From IMG/VR virus record IMGVR_UViG_3300032030_000042: a DNA stretch of 64,000 nt. The stretch is one strand, 5' to 3'. Of this stretch, positions 1 to 10,221 are shown in pieces (position 1 is the stretch's first letter; every line of letters starts with the position of its first letter). Made by a program: the position numbers and the translations under genes. The notes under the pieces were generated by a model. The model made no database searches. It saw nothing but the letters and a program-made list of their open reading frames with translations, and was not told the origin of the DNA. The DNA is from an uncultured virus (IMG/VR IMGVR_UViG_3300032030_000042). Its lineage: Duplodnaviria > Heunggongvirae > Uroviricota > Caudoviricetes.

Positions 1-422
1 GCAGGTAATTTTTCAACAACGGATTTAATTTCTTTTTCATCCATTTCTGAAAAATCGACATCTGCTAAACTTTCAACCGCTGCAGCCATCTTACTACTTT
101 CACCCATTGCCCGCATAATACGAGGAATGTCGTGGGTACGATTACTGGCGGTTTTAGCAGTTGGTTGCTCAACCTGCTTCCTACCGCCATATTGTTGTCC
201 AACGCGGTTCAAACGACGGTTTTCTGCAGTATCTGCATAAACACCTGAACGTGCCTTTTCAATGCCTTCATTATTATCGTCATCATAGTCAACCCCATCA
301 TCTTCTGGAGTAGCCATGCTTTTTTCAAAGATACGTTCATTTTCTGACTTCAGGAACTGACTGACCATATGAGTGATACGTTGTGCTCTTGCAGCCTGAA
401 TTGCGTCTTTAATTTCGTCCAT
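1..422 (-). CDS. 5' part of a probable virion/head-associated protein (runs off window edge)
   Basis: Manual translation from ATG at 422 is open to the edge: MDEIKDAIQAARAQRITH...EGIEKARSGVYADTAENRRLNRVGQQYGG...; preceded by the CAAGTATTA motif at 455-463. Confidence 0.6.
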   Translation of the reverse strand, partial: MDEIKDAIQAARAQRITHMVSQFLKSENERIFEKSMATPEDDGVDYDDDNNEGIEKARSGVYADTAENRRLNRVGQQYGGRKQVEQPTAKTASNRTHDIPRIMRAMGESSKMAAAVESLADVDFSEMDEKEIKSVVEKLP

Positions 423-471
423 TGTATTAAATTTTTATGTTATACTTTATGGAATAATACTTGCTTGATTA

Positions 472-1440
472 CTACTTAATCATCATTCCATAAAACTGCT
501 CCAACGTAAATTCTTTGTTATATGTATAGGTGTCCTTCAACGTAGGTATTTCGTCAAGCATAGTTTCCAGCAGACTTTTGCCGCTTTCTGTTTGGTAATC
601 TATTTCGTTATATACCGAAACATTTAACCAAGTCACTTTTAAATTGAACAATACCTTACCAAGCACCTCTTCATACGGCTCGTGCATATAATCGGCAAAC
701 AATTGAGCAATCCACGTTGCTGTTGTAATAAGGTCTTTATCCTTTGGAAACTTTTTATTAATCTGAGCGATAAACTTCTCAAATGCCTTTTGACCAAATC
801 CTTTTTTGGCTTGTGGTACATTATCGCTTTTATCGCCCAAGATAACCTTTTGCATCAATATTTTCCAAGGCTCAATCGGTACTACTTGAATATCGGCATC
901 AAGATACTCATTCCAAAACACCTCATTTCCCGGCAAGCAATACATAGTCAGCATCTTGGAATGGTTATTGAAAACTGAAACGTTCTTGGTTATCAACTGA
1001 CGTATATCACTATCTCCTGTGATGATGACGCACGGCTCGTCATTAATATCAAAAAATAAAGACCATATACACATTAAATCATCACCCTCAGCACCGCTAA
1101 CTCGGGTGACTATTAAACCACGCTTACGCAGCAGATTTTCCAGTTGCTTTATCAGGTCTAAGAACTGCGGATAATAAGCGTCACGGACTTTCGTCAACGA
1201 ATACTTATAATCCGCATAAAGGTTGTATCTCCAACTGCTACTGTCGATGGTCACCACTACTTTTTCAACGTCGGTAAATTTATTGACTGCGGCACAAAGG
1301 TCAATAATACACTTGCGGATAAAGACCTGCTGATTTTCCTTTTTCGCTAATACCTCACACATGTCCTGACCACGATAATAGGTACTAAACACGCTGAAGC
1401 ATTTGTGAATTAGAAAATTTCCATCGAATATTATATTCAT
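472..1440 (-). CDS. 5'-3' exonuclease / flap endonuclease (T4 RNase H-like, PIN fold)
   Basis: IIFDGN, EGDDL, TGDSD and ILGDKSDNVP..KGFG motifs. Confidence 0.9.
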   Translation of the reverse strand: MNIIFDGNFLIHKCFSVFSTYYRGQDMCEVLAKKENQQVFIRKCIIDLCAAVNKFTDVEKVVVTIDSSSWRYNLYADYKYSLTKVRDAYYPQFLDLIKQLENLLRKRGLIVTRVSGAEGDDLMCIWSLFFDINDEPCVIITGDSDIRQLITKNVSVFNNHSKMLTMYCLPGNEVFWNEYLDADIQVVPIEPWKILMQKVILGDKSDNVPQAKKGFGQKAFEKFIAQINKKFPKDKDLITTATWIAQLFADYMHEPYEEVLGKVLFNLKVTWLNVSVYNEIDYQTESGKSLLETMLDEIPTLKDTYTYNKEFTLEQFYGMMIK

Positions 1441-1442
1441 AA

Positions 1443-1709
1443 CTACAAGATATTATTGTCCTGATGGACGTAGTTTTTGAAATTAAGATTTATGCAGCGT
1501 ATAAGCGGCAACTGACGTGGTTCAGATTTTCCCTTACTTCGGTTGGAGAGTATCTCACGCTGTAACATGCCGCAGGAAACTAAATTTCCACACGTAGCAC
1601 AGAATTCTTTCTTAACACCATTAGCGTATTCGGGTGCTTCCATTTCGGTCATTATACGACGCATTTCAGCCTTTGTGACCGCAGTACTTTTTACTTCATT
1701 TTTGTTCAT
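1443..1709 (-). CDS. hypothetical protein with four Cys
   Basis: 88-aa ORF abutting the next gene; CATC..C..C. Confidence 0.6.
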   Translation of the reverse strand: MNKNEVKSTAVTKAEMRRIMTEMEAPEYANGVKKEFCATCGNLVSCGMLQREILSNRSKGKSEPRQLPLIRCINLNFKNYVHQDNNIL

Positions 1710-1789
1710 ATTGTCAAATTTTTAAATTATTAAAATAGTAAACCCTGGGGTGGCGGAATTGCTAACCCATGGTCTTAACCTTTATTGAA

Positions 1790-2554
1790 TTAACCAAGCA
1801 AAGCAGTGCTGCGTACCTTGGCGTGAGCATTATCCGCTATCGGTTTGTAAAGTTGAGTTTCACGCCCATCCTTAATTCCCATTCCTGTAGCGGAATCCAT
1901 TGTAGTTTTGTAACCTCTACCGCGACGAACTTGATACTTAGATGCCATGTAAGAATCAATGGCTGCATCGTTACGAACTATCAAAGCAGTAACCTTTGCA
2001 CCAAGGTCAACATCATGTTTATCTTTTCTGCGCTCTTCAGTGAGTTTCTGGTCTAGACCGACGATTGCACCTACTAAATAATGACGCATGAAATGATGGC
2101 GTGTGCAGGGATTTAATGCATATTCAATGGTTTCTTGATACTCTTTCCAACGCTTGAGAGAAAGTTTTAAGAAACGTTCAGACAAAAACTTGCGAAGCCA
2201 TTTCACCATTTCCATATTTTCACTTGTACCAACTACCAGCATACGCTTGTCGCCACTTTTGAAACACTTACAGAAATTATGCTTGCAAATAACGTACACT
2301 AAACGATTTTCCCAGTTACCGCCATGCGTCTTACCGCTATACTCGTATTTGTAAGTTTCTTCAATAATGGTGTTTTTATCAACTTCCTCACCAATTTCCG
2401 ACATGGTGATATTATATTGAGTTAAGATACGCTGAATTGCTGCGGCTGCGGCTGCAGCTTCGCCCTCCGAATTGATTGATTTTGCTCCTTCATAAAGTTT
2501 CTGCAACTTACGGAGTTTCTTTTGGATTGCATCCATATTTACGTTTGTTTCCAT
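1790..2554 (-). CDS. DUF2786-like protein
   Basis: N-terminal IQKKLRKLQKL..S.NSEGEAAAA...IQRILTQYNI signature. Confidence 0.7.
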   Translation of the reverse strand: METNVNMDAIQKKLRKLQKLYEGAKSINSEGEAAAAAAAIQRILTQYNITMSEIGEEVDKNTIIEETYKYEYSGKTHGGNWENRLVYVICKHNFCKCFKSGDKRMLVVGTSENMEMVKWLRKFLSERFLKLSLKRWKEYQETIEYALNPCTRHHFMRHYLVGAIVGLDQKLTEERRKDKHDVDLGAKVTALIVRNDAAIDSYMASKYQVRRGRGYKTTMDSATGMGIKDGRETQLYKPIADNAHAKVRSTALLG

Positions 2555-2584
2555 TTTAGTTTTATTTTACGTTAATTATTAATT

Positions 2585-2773
2585 TCACTTAGAATTCTTG
2601 CGTTCTAAATACAAAGAACCTACAATTAAAGCGGCACCCGCAATCAAGCGACCATTGTAAATCCCGTCATCGCAGTAACAGCAAATAAGGTAAAAACCAA
2701 GTCCAAACATTGCTATTTCAGCAATTTTAGCCAGACTTTTTCTTGAAATTTTCTTCATTTTGTTATTCTCCAT
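2585..2773 (-). CDS. small two-TM membrane protein (start may be 2758)
   Basis: two hydrophobic stretches; first gene after repeat element copy 1. Confidence 0.6.
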   Translation of the reverse strand: MENNKMKKISRKSLAKIAEIAMFGLGFYLICCYCDDGIYNGRLIAGAALIVGSLYLERKNSK

Positions 2774-2775
2774 TT

Positions 2776-2897
2776 TTAATTTACAATTTTATTTTCAATC
2801 AGATACGGCAATTTTTCTTAATTTTTACCATACCTTTCTGCGAGTAAAATTACTAAATATTTTCCAAATAAAAAGAAAAATCTTGGTTTTTACCAAA
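2776..2897 (-). repeat. conserved intergenic element copy 1 (putative early promoter + leader hairpin)
   Basis: plus-strand core TACTAAATATTTTCCAAATAAAAAGAAAAATCTT.GTTTTTACC recurs at ~16128, ~24747 and (diverged) ~43129. Confidence 0.85.
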
Positions 2898-2905
2898 AAA
2901 AAATT

Positions 2906-3931
2906 TTAATCCGGAATTTTGTAATACCGCTTATACCACTCACAAAATCTTTTCAAACCGCTTCTAATAGTAGTATAAGGTCTAAACGCAAAGTCCGTTT
3001 GAAGTGGCTTTGTGTCAGCACAAGTGCAAAAAACATCACCTGGCTGCATTGGGACATATTTTTTATGATTATAGAATTGATAATCTTCTGGTAATACCTT
3101 TGCATTTATCAATTCCTCTTGCAATATCATAATAAAAGTTGCTAAAGATATAGGATTACCGCTGCCGATATTGTAAATACGATAAGGATTTGTTTCAACA
3201 GAAGGAATGGCTAATACTCTAACAATTCCTTCTGTTATATCGGATATATAAGTAAAATCTCTTAAGCAACAACCGTAATTAAATACATTAATCGTTTCGC
3301 CACTTACAAATTTGTTTGTAAAATCAAAATACGCCATATCCGGTCTACCAGCGGGACCATATACAGTAAAAAAGCGTAATCCAGTTGTTGGTATTCCATA
3401 CAACTTTGAATAGCAATAAGCAAATAATTCATTGCTTTTCTTAGTAGCGGCATACAGACTTACTGGTCGGTCAGTTGGGTCGGTTATCTCAAATGCAGAA
3501 TTTTTATTTCCATACACACTACTTGATGAAGCATAAACAAGATGCTTAATATGATAATGACGGCATGCTTCGAGGATATTAAAAAATCCAATGATGTTAC
3601 TTTCAATATATACATCAGGATTTACAATACTATATCTAACGCCAGCCTGGGCAGCAAGATTTACAACTATATCAAATTCATGTTCAGCAAAAAGTTTTTC
3701 TACAAATTCTTTATCGCTAATATCACCGCGAATAAATTTGTAATCTACTAAACTACCAACGCACGCATCGTGTATTTTCGTCAATCTATGCTCTTTTAAC
3801 GACACATCGTAATAATTGTTCATATTGTCAACTCCAACGACAGTAGATGCTAAATTATCCGTAATTAAACGCATCACTAAATTTGCACCAATAAAACCTG
3901 CCGAACCAGTAACTAAAATATTATTTTTCAT
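2906..3931 (-). CDS. NAD-dependent NDP-sugar epimerase (UDP-glucuronate 4-epimerase-like extended SDR)
   Basis: TGSAGFIG, LAAQAGVRYS, YASSSSVYG, YAATK, LRFFTVYGP.GRPDMA, MQPGDV. Confidence 0.9.
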   Translation of the reverse strand: MKNNILVTGSAGFIGANLVMRLITDNLASTVVGVDNMNNYYDVSLKEHRLTKIHDACVGSLVDYKFIRGDISDKEFVEKLFAEHEFDIVVNLAAQAGVRYSIVNPDVYIESNIIGFFNILEACRHYHIKHLVYASSSSVYGNKNSAFEITDPTDRPVSLYAATKKSNELFAYCYSKLYGIPTTGLRFFTVYGPAGRPDMAYFDFTNKFVSGETINVFNYGCCLRDFTYISDITEGIVRVLAIPSVETNPYRIYNIGSGNPISLATFIMILQEELINAKVLPEDYQFYNHKKYVPMQPGDVFCTCADTKPLQTDFAFRPYTTIRSGLKRFCEWYKRYYKIPD

Positions 3932-4449
3932 GATATAGTTTGATAAGAAAGTTTATAATCTAAAACGTTATCTGAAACAAACATGCTATTTTTACGTTGA
4001 TTTTCTAATTCTTCAAAATCCACCTTTTGCATGTCCCACAATTCATGCCAATCTTTTTCAGATGGAACACCATTAGGAAAACATAATGTGCAAAGAAAAC
4101 TAGCGTCTACTTTTTTATCTACACAATCCCTCAATATATACTTAATATAGGCAGCAGCCATTGTAACTTCCCCTGGAGTGTTAAGTATTAAACCCAAAAA
4201 CAAAGCAGCCGTTCTGGTAAGTTCTATATCAACGGACTTACAGCGTCTCATTGCCATGCATACTAAACCACCCTTTGCCGGATTAGTGCAAAGTTCTTCA
4301 ATATCTTTATCATTCTCCATCTTTTCCTCATTCATAAATATTGTAATAAGGTAACTTGACTGAATTTCGGTTAATGGAGTATGGCAACGACTTATAACAT
4401 TTGCCGCCCATTTTTCTGCAGCGTCATTTGTAAGTTTCATTTTATTCAA
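3928..4449 (-). CDS. hypothetical protein
   Basis: 173-aa ORF with ATGA overlap to the epimerase. Confidence 0.7.
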   Translation of the reverse strand: MNKMKLTNDAAEKWAANVISRCHTPLTEIQSSYLITIFMNEEKMENDKDIEELCTNPAKGGLVCMAMRRCKSVDIELTRTAALFLGLILNTPGEVTMAAAYIKYILRDCVDKKVDASFLCTLCFPNGVPSEKDWHELWDMQKVDFEELENQRKNSMFVSDNVLDYKLSYQTIS

Positions 4450-4741
4450 TATTAAGGATTAAATTATTTTCATTCATTAACTTTACTAAACGCTCCTCAG
4501 TTGGCTTCCAACCGCAAACAAAAATTATTTTCACCCTACTATTTTTTGCTATCTTTCCCCATTTCTTTTCAAGAGACTTAAATCTTTCATCATTCATATA
4601 AAGTTCATAATCCGACACACTAATTTCATACCAAGTATTTGAATGGGGTAAATTAGAATTTTGATATCCATAAACAAATAGCGTTGGGTCTAAACGTTCA
4701 ATTTGCTTTATTATCGTTAGTATAAATTTCTGTGCATTCAT
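4442..4741 (-). CDS. hypothetical protein (start moved to MNAQKF at 4741)
   Basis: the longer ORF-track start crosses a hairpin and overlaps nrdJ. Confidence 0.6.
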   Translation of the reverse strand: MNAQKFILTIIKQIERLDPTLFVYGYQNSNLPHSNTWYEISVSDYELYMNDERFKSLEKKWGKIAKNSRVKIIFVCGWKPTEERLVKLMNENNLILNIE

Positions 4742-4761
4742 GTAATTAATAACCTTGGCGG

Positions 4762-4796
4762 AAAGAAAAACGCTGGAGCAATAGCGCCCCAGCGTT
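4762..4796 (-). terminator. intrinsic terminator after nrdJ
   Basis: AACGCTGG/CCAGCGTT stem followed by a U-rich tract on the minus strand. Confidence 0.6.
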
Positions 4797-4818
4797 CTAG
4801 TTATGAAAGAAAACACAT

Positions 4819-6744
4819 TTATTTCAACTCGCACGCACCTCCAGAACAGCCTATGGCTACTAAATCGCTAGCATCTGTATCTGTCTTACGACTCATAATT
4901 TTCAAAAAATTAACATCATTGCTATTAAGGTATTCTGTTATATCGTTGTATTCTTTTTGCGTTTCTTCTGAGGCAAGACGCTGGAATGGAGCATTATCGT
5001 AAATTTGGTCACCTACCTTTGGAAGAAAACTGATTCCTGTAAAAAGATGGTCGTTGGCGTATAATACCGCAGCAACTTCATCCCACTCATTATCCATAAC
5101 TTCTACAGTGGCGCTTACATTATTCGTAATAGTTTGCCCATCGGCAATACCCTTATTAATCCAAAAATGTTTTACCAAAGCGATTTTCTTAAGATGCTCC
5201 ACGGCTGAAATATCATCTTTTAATATCGCTGCCTCATCAACAACAATCGGAAAACTAATTACCGCCTCATCATTGCGTAATAACTTAACGAGAGGTGTGT
5301 TCTGTAATGCTTTGTATTCTGGGCTGTATGTCTTTATCCTGATACGACGGAGGTACTTGTCCGCATGAGCAGGATGAATGCCGGAGCAAGCAAGTCCAAG
5401 GATACTACTAGCAGTGCCGCTTGGCTTAATAGTCGTAGAACGTTTTGAAGCATTAATATTAAACATTTTTGCAAAACGAGCATTGGTAAAGGTAACAAAT
5501 TTTGCTCCTTTTTGAAGCATCTTTGGATTAAACATCCATGGATTACTAAATATTCCAGTAATACTTACACCAATTGCTCGGTCACGTTCTGCTATTTCTT
5601 TGCTGGTGCTAGATAAGTATTTGAAATTAGTATAAAGCGACTGAACTGTAGCAATAAACGCTGCCGCCTGGACTGCTTCAAAAAAGTCTGACGAACATTC
5701 CATACGCTCGGCATTAATTTCAACAAGGTTGCAAAAAGCAAATCCTGTTTTATCTCCAAGCGTCGGTTGCATAACGATTTCACCGCAAGGATTTACAACG
5801 TAGGAATAATCAGGAACATTCACAAAACCAGGCTCACCGAACTGACGAACGACTTGTAATTTTTCCTTGACTTCCTTATACGTTAAAGCATCACCCCTAC
5901 TTATCAACACACTATTATTAGCCATAGCACGTTGAGGATTTTGTTCCCACCAACTTCCTGTTTTGGCGGTCAGCATAAGGTTATCGTCCTTATCGAACAA
6001 CGCTATCATAGCCGACCGACGAACGCCACCGCTGATAACTCCTTCAGCAATATAGCAGATTATATCATGCACCTCCAGCGTAGTAAGTTTTCGCCCAATG
6101 GCAAAATACATTACTTTACGAATATTTTCATGAGCATTACGCAAAGGCATAGGACCAGGAGCAATAAACTTACCATCAATCAAAGAACCTTGTTCCCTAA
6201 TTTTTGAATAATCAAAATTTATCTGCTCTCCAGCAAATAACGCTTCCATAAGTTCGTTAATACTATCAGCCCAACCCTCAATGCTATCATCAATAACATA
6301 GGTGGGTCTGGTAGATAGCGTTGGTTGCTTCACTTCTGGGAGTTTATCAACATACGCTTTATGGAGTGAGTATCCTACACCGCATCCGCAAAGCAAAAGA
6401 TACATAATTTCACTAAAAACCTTTGTTCGGTCTATTAACGTCGAGCAACAATTATACATCTTTGCCTCATGCTTCAAAATACCGCTATTAGGATTTGATG
6501 ACGCAAATTGCCGTCCCCTTTGAGATGAAAGAATTTTCTTTTGATACTCTAATTCCTTACACCGCTGTAACCATCCTCTCACTTCGCTATTCATTAAACC
6601 AAGCGAATGTAATTTAGTTTCGTGCATACTGTAAATTCTATCTACAGTGTCATTCCAGCTCTCCAACTCTCCATCTTCCTTCTTCTGCGAATATTTAGCC
6701 AGGAAAACGTAATCGGCCATTAATTGTAATCCTTTTTTGTCCAT
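4819..6744 (-). CDS. nrdJ: class II (B12-dependent) ribonucleotide reductase, monomeric RTPR type
   Basis: YNCC, GCGVG, GGVRRSAMI, NPCGEI, FCNLVEIN, TTIKPSGT and C-terminal GCSGGACE. Confidence 0.9.
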   Translation of the reverse strand: MDKKGLQLMADYVFLAKYSQKKEDGELESWNDTVDRIYSMHETKLHSLGLMNSEVRGWLQRCKELEYQKKILSSQRGRQFASSNPNSGILKHEAKMYNCCSTLIDRTKVFSEIMYLLLCGCGVGYSLHKAYVDKLPEVKQPTLSTRPTYVIDDSIEGWADSINELMEALFAGEQINFDYSKIREQGSLIDGKFIAPGPMPLRNAHENIRKVMYFAIGRKLTTLEVHDIICYIAEGVISGGVRRSAMIALFDKDDNLMLTAKTGSWWEQNPQRAMANNSVLISRGDALTYKEVKEKLQVVRQFGEPGFVNVPDYSYVVNPCGEIVMQPTLGDKTGFAFCNLVEINAERMECSSDFFEAVQAAAFIATVQSLYTNFKYLSSTSKEIAERDRAIGVSITGIFSNPWMFNPKMLQKGAKFVTFTNARFAKMFNINASKRSTTIKPSGTASSILGLACSGIHPAHADKYLRRIRIKTYSPEYKALQNTPLVKLLRNDEAVISFPIVVDEAAILKDDISAVEHLKKIALVKHFWINKGIADGQTITNNVSATVEVMDNEWDEVAAVLYANDHLFTGISFLPKVGDQIYDNAPFQRLASEETQKEYNDITEYLNSNDVNFLKIMSRKTDTDASDLVAIGCSGGACELK

Positions 6745-6759
6745 ATTATGAATTATTAA

Positions 6760-7206
6760 TCACATTCTGGTATGTCCAAAGCCACCCTCGCCTCGTTTAC
6801 TTTCTCTTTCAAACGCTGTAACGTGCTTGAACTTGGCTTGGTATAAACCTCCTGCTCCGTTAAACACTAACTGAGCCAGACGCTCACCTCTATGAACTAT
6901 AAATGATTCGCTACCTAAATTGATTAATATGATACCGATTTCTCCTTGGTAATCGCTATCTATCGTTCCTAATATAGCCGTAATTCCCTTCTTTAACGCT
7001 AATCCGCTTCGGGGACGCACCTGCGCTTCCGAATCTTCTGGCAATTCAATGCAAACGCCAGTAGGAATTAACTTCCTTTCACCAGGCAAAAGCATTATAT
7101 CAGTAGCATTGGCGGAAAATAAGTCTGCACCTGCTGCATATTCAGTTGCATAGATAGGCGTTTTGCCGTAATGGCGCAAAATTAAAGGTATTTCTCTTTT
7201 ATTCAT
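6760..7206 (-). CDS. dut: trimeric dUTPase
   Basis: AGADL, PRSGLA, GTIDSDYQGEI, RLAQL, RGEGGFGHT. Confidence 0.95.
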   Translation of the reverse strand: MNKREIPLILRHYGKTPIYATEYAAGADLFSANATDIMLLPGERKLIPTGVCIELPEDSEAQVRPRSGLALKKGITAILGTIDSDYQGEIGIILINLGSESFIVHRGERLAQLVFNGAGGLYQAKFKHVTAFERESKRGEGGFGHTRM

Positions 7207-7225
7207 GTTTTATATATTTTAGTGA

Positions 7226-8185
7226 TTATTGTTCCCACGGACGCTTTATTATAATTTTGCTGAGATATCCTTCGTTTCCTACTGCTTTTGTAAACTCAGC
7301 AACTTCTGGAGTTATTTCCTCAAGCGTATCATGTCCAGTCGGGTCAGGTAATAACCCAACCCGCACGGATTGATTAGTGCAACCCATACAAGGCTTGAAA
7401 CTTCGGCTCTTGTTGTAAAGCATTATTCGTGCTGCTTGGAAACGTTCGTTATTCCAAAGGTTGTCGACCTTTTCATAGTCCTTTATATTACCGCAGTTGT
7501 AAGCACCCCTGAAGTCGTCGCAGCATAACGCCACAGAGCCGTTATACCTAAACGACATTTCCCGGAAAGGCATTGTACAACGCTTATGGTTATGTTTATC
7601 GCTTAATGGTGCCGCTGCTCCAGAATGATTTACTAAATTACGAACCAAACCTATATTATCCACATTGATTGGCGGCAAAACAAGAATGTCGTTTTTACGT
7701 TCGGTGCGAAACATTGGCGTTTTATCCTTACCAAAATAGATAATCGGATAACTACTTTGCACCGCCTTAACTATTTTTGACCAATCGCCCTTTGGTGCGT
7801 AATTATCAAGAATGATATGATTAATTCCAGCCTTAAATAACGCTTTCGTGTATTCCAATGGGTCGTTATCGTGCGTAAACCCATAACCATTACTAATTAT
7901 GTAGAACATATTAGAAGGAAGATACTGCCGGAATATACGAATAATCTGAAGCAATTTAGGATTCAAAGTCGGCTCCCCATGCATTGCAAACATTACTTTA
8001 CTTGGCCATCCTGCTTCTGCTATCTTCCTGGCTATATCGGTTGCTGTTTTCAACTTCATGAATTTCCACGGAGTTGTACCCTTTTCTCGCATTCCTCTCA
8101 AACCGCAAAATGAGCAACCAAGATTACAACCCTCAGTTGGTTCTATTTGTATGCTGAAAGGTGAGTGTTGATGATAATATTCCAT
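7226..8185 (-). CDS. radical SAM protein with SPASM/twitch domain
   Basis: CNLGCSFC (CX3CX2C), HGEP, SNG; C-terminal CTMPF...G.V.LCC...GNI...CMGC. Confidence 0.9.
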   Translation of the reverse strand: MEYYHQHSPFSIQIEPTEGCNLGCSFCGLRGMREKGTTPWKFMKLKTATDIARKIAEAGWPSKVMFAMHGEPTLNPKLLQIIRIFRQYLPSNMFYIISNGYGFTHDNDPLEYTKALFKAGINHIILDNYAPKGDWSKIVKAVQSSYPIIYFGKDKTPMFRTERKNDILVLPPINVDNIGLVRNLVNHSGAAAPLSDKHNHKRCTMPFREMSFRYNGSVALCCDDFRGAYNCGNIKDYEKVDNLWNNERFQAARIMLYNKSRSFKPCMGCTNQSVRVGLLPDPTGHDTLEEITPEVAEFTKAVGNEGYLSKIIIKRPWEQ

Positions 8186-8195
8186 TTTCTAAAGA

Positions 8196-8432
8196 TTAAA
8201 ATAAAACACTATTAACTATAACGCTGATAAAACCTCCGAAAGCGGTAAAAAACGCATCTACAACATCTATCTTACCCTTACGAATATACTTATCCACTAA
8301 CTCCTTTCCAATGCCTAACAACACAGAAAGCAGCAATCCTAACCACCATACGTGTACAAACGCTATAATCCAACCGCCGAATGCTAAATGGAGTAACTTA
8401 TCGTTATCGATTTTTCCTCGTAATAACTTCAT
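8196..8432 (-). CDS. small membrane protein (VanZ-like DKxxH motif)
   Basis: DKLLH...GKE..D..D pattern with hydrophobic helices. Confidence 0.6.
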   Translation of the reverse strand: MKLLRGKIDNDKLLHLAFGGWIIAFVHVWWLGLLLSVLLGIGKELVDKYIRKGKIDVVDAFFTAFGGFISVIVNSVLF

Positions 8433-8443
8433 AATTCTTTGTA

Positions 8444-10153
8444 TTAAATGAAACTGAATTTAAACCCAGTAAATAGTTTATTAGCACCAAGCGTAGCAAG
8501 CCAAATAGAAGAACTAATATCATCATGTTCTCCTACACTTTCCAAACCATTATCAGTAAATGCTACCGAACCAAGGTCTGAAAATATAAGGTCTTTTACA
8601 TTACGGCTGTATTCATTTCCAATAGGAATATGTATTTTCCCTCTCTCCATAAGAATTGCTACCCCTGGCCAACCAGTTTTAAGGTCGAATTTTTCAATTC
8701 CTGTAGTATGACCAATGACTGGTAATCCCTGCTTATCGCTCTCTTCTACGAAAATCTGCTGAAAAACGTTTTGCTCTAATACCATAATTTCTGGTTGGAA
8801 ACGTAAATTAATTCCTCTCAGAACTTGCATTTGCTCAAAAAACGTTTTACCTTTATCCCTATACATGTGAAGCAAATACATTTCCCTATCTTCCGTAACA
8901 CCCCAAACTGTGAATACAGTGTAGTCGGCTCCTACATTACTACTTATTGAAAAGTCACAACCGACAACCACTTTTACAAACTTCATAGGAAAATCGTTTC
9001 GATTATTCACCAAAACATAATTTTCCATTCCTACTAAACAACGCTCCAATACCTTTAATGGGAATATAGATGATTCGTTGGTAATAGGACGGCAAAGATT
9101 TTCCCTACTGAAAATAATATTGCCTTGCGTAACACGCTTTTCCATAAGGTCGGCAAATGACCAACGCTGTGGCCAAAGTATTTGTCCGTTCGGGAAAATA
9201 GCTGGATATTCAATTACAAACCAACCCTTATGATTTTTGTTTGCTGTTATACTTTTACTTTTCAAGTCGCCATATAAATCCTGGGCATGGAAGGGAGTTC
9301 CTACAACGATAATTTGCCCACCAGGCACCAACATATTCATAATAACGGAATGAAAATAGTCGATACTCTTTTGGCGTTGTAATGCAGAATAAATTACGTT
9401 ATCTTTTAATCCGTCATCTACTATTATCCAGTATGGGTGAGCACCACGAACCGAAGAACCAAAACCCTTACATGTTAATCGTGCGCCATTTTTACAAACG
9501 ATATTCGTACTTGCCCAAGCACCGCCATTAACCTTACTATCGGGCATTAAACGTTCCCGCAAATCATCAACGCTTTCAATTGTACCTTTTAGGATTTCCA
9601 TAAGGTCAACTGACTGCTGGAGTGAGAACGAGAATAAGTAACCTCTATTGGAATTGCTTTTGCTTGGACGCATTGAAAATGCCTTGCGTTTCGGACGACT
9701 GTAGGTATAAAGTTTCCAAATAGCATATGCGTTGGAAAAGAAATACGACTTTCCGTGGTCACGGGCAGCGTTAATACATAATTTATTGTAATGCATTACC
9801 AAATCAGCCCATTCTATATGATGCCAACTCAACTGAAATTCCGGTAATACACTTGTAATAAAGTACAGCAAACTATTTTGGCGTAATACCTCCTCTATGC
9901 TTTGAGAAAGACGCTCGGTATATTTAGGGGCAAAATCAACATTCATATCGCCAGTGTAAAGCGTATTATAAACGTCCCGACTCATTTCCCTTATTACCCT
10001 ATCAATATCGCCATCTGAACCTTGATAAATTTCCAATAACGCTTTATCATCAAGCGAATCAAAAATTTCGTCCACAACTTGAAGACATTCCTGTTGATGA
10101 AGCGGTGATTGTAGTAAGGTTGTTTGATTGCTATTTAATAACGGAATTTCCAT
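8444..10153 (-). CDS. terL: terminase large subunit
   Basis: ARDHGKS Walker A, VRG..P..IIVDD Walker B, GTP coupling motif, RNase H-like VGCD..DYT..HDD. Confidence 0.92.
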   Translation of the reverse strand: MEIPLLNSNQTTLLQSPLHQQECLQVVDEIFDSLDDKALLEIYQGSDGDIDRVIREMSRDVYNTLYTGDMNVDFAPKYTERLSQSIEEVLRQNSLLYFITSVLPEFQLSWHHIEWADLVMHYNKLCINAARDHGKSYFFSNAYAIWKLYTYSRPKRKAFSMRPSKSNSNRGYLFSFSLQQSVDLMEILKGTIESVDDLRERLMPDSKVNGGAWASTNIVCKNGARLTCKGFGSSVRGAHPYWIIVDDGLKDNVIYSALQRQKSIDYFHSVIMNMLVPGGQIIVVGTPFHAQDLYGDLKSKSITANKNHKGWFVIEYPAIFPNGQILWPQRWSFADLMEKRVTQGNIIFSRENLCRPITNESSIFPLKVLERCLVGMENYVLVNNRNDFPMKFVKVVVGCDFSISSNVGADYTVFTVWGVTEDREMYLLHMYRDKGKTFFEQMQVLRGINLRFQPEIMVLEQNVFQQIFVEESDKQGLPVIGHTTGIEKFDLKTGWPGVAILMERGKIHIPIGNEYSRNVKDLIFSDLGSVAFTDNGLESVGEHDDISSSIWLATLGANKLFTGFKFSFI

Positions 10154-10167
10154 ATAGTTCTTAATTG

Positions 10168-10201
10168 AAAAATGGGACAGTCTATATTACAAGGCTGTCC
10201 C
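10168..10201 (-). terminator. hairpin upstream of terL, loop UUGUAAUAUA
   Basis: GGGACAG/CTGTCCC stem plus U tract; same loop as 32245-32274. Confidence 0.6.
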
Positions 10202-10221
10202 TAGATTGATATACGAAAAAG

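Noticed and set aside
7226..8185. Radical SAM protein as NrdG activase or QueE
   Set aside because: The RNR is class II, the protein has a SPASM-type extension, and no 7-deazaguanine genes are present
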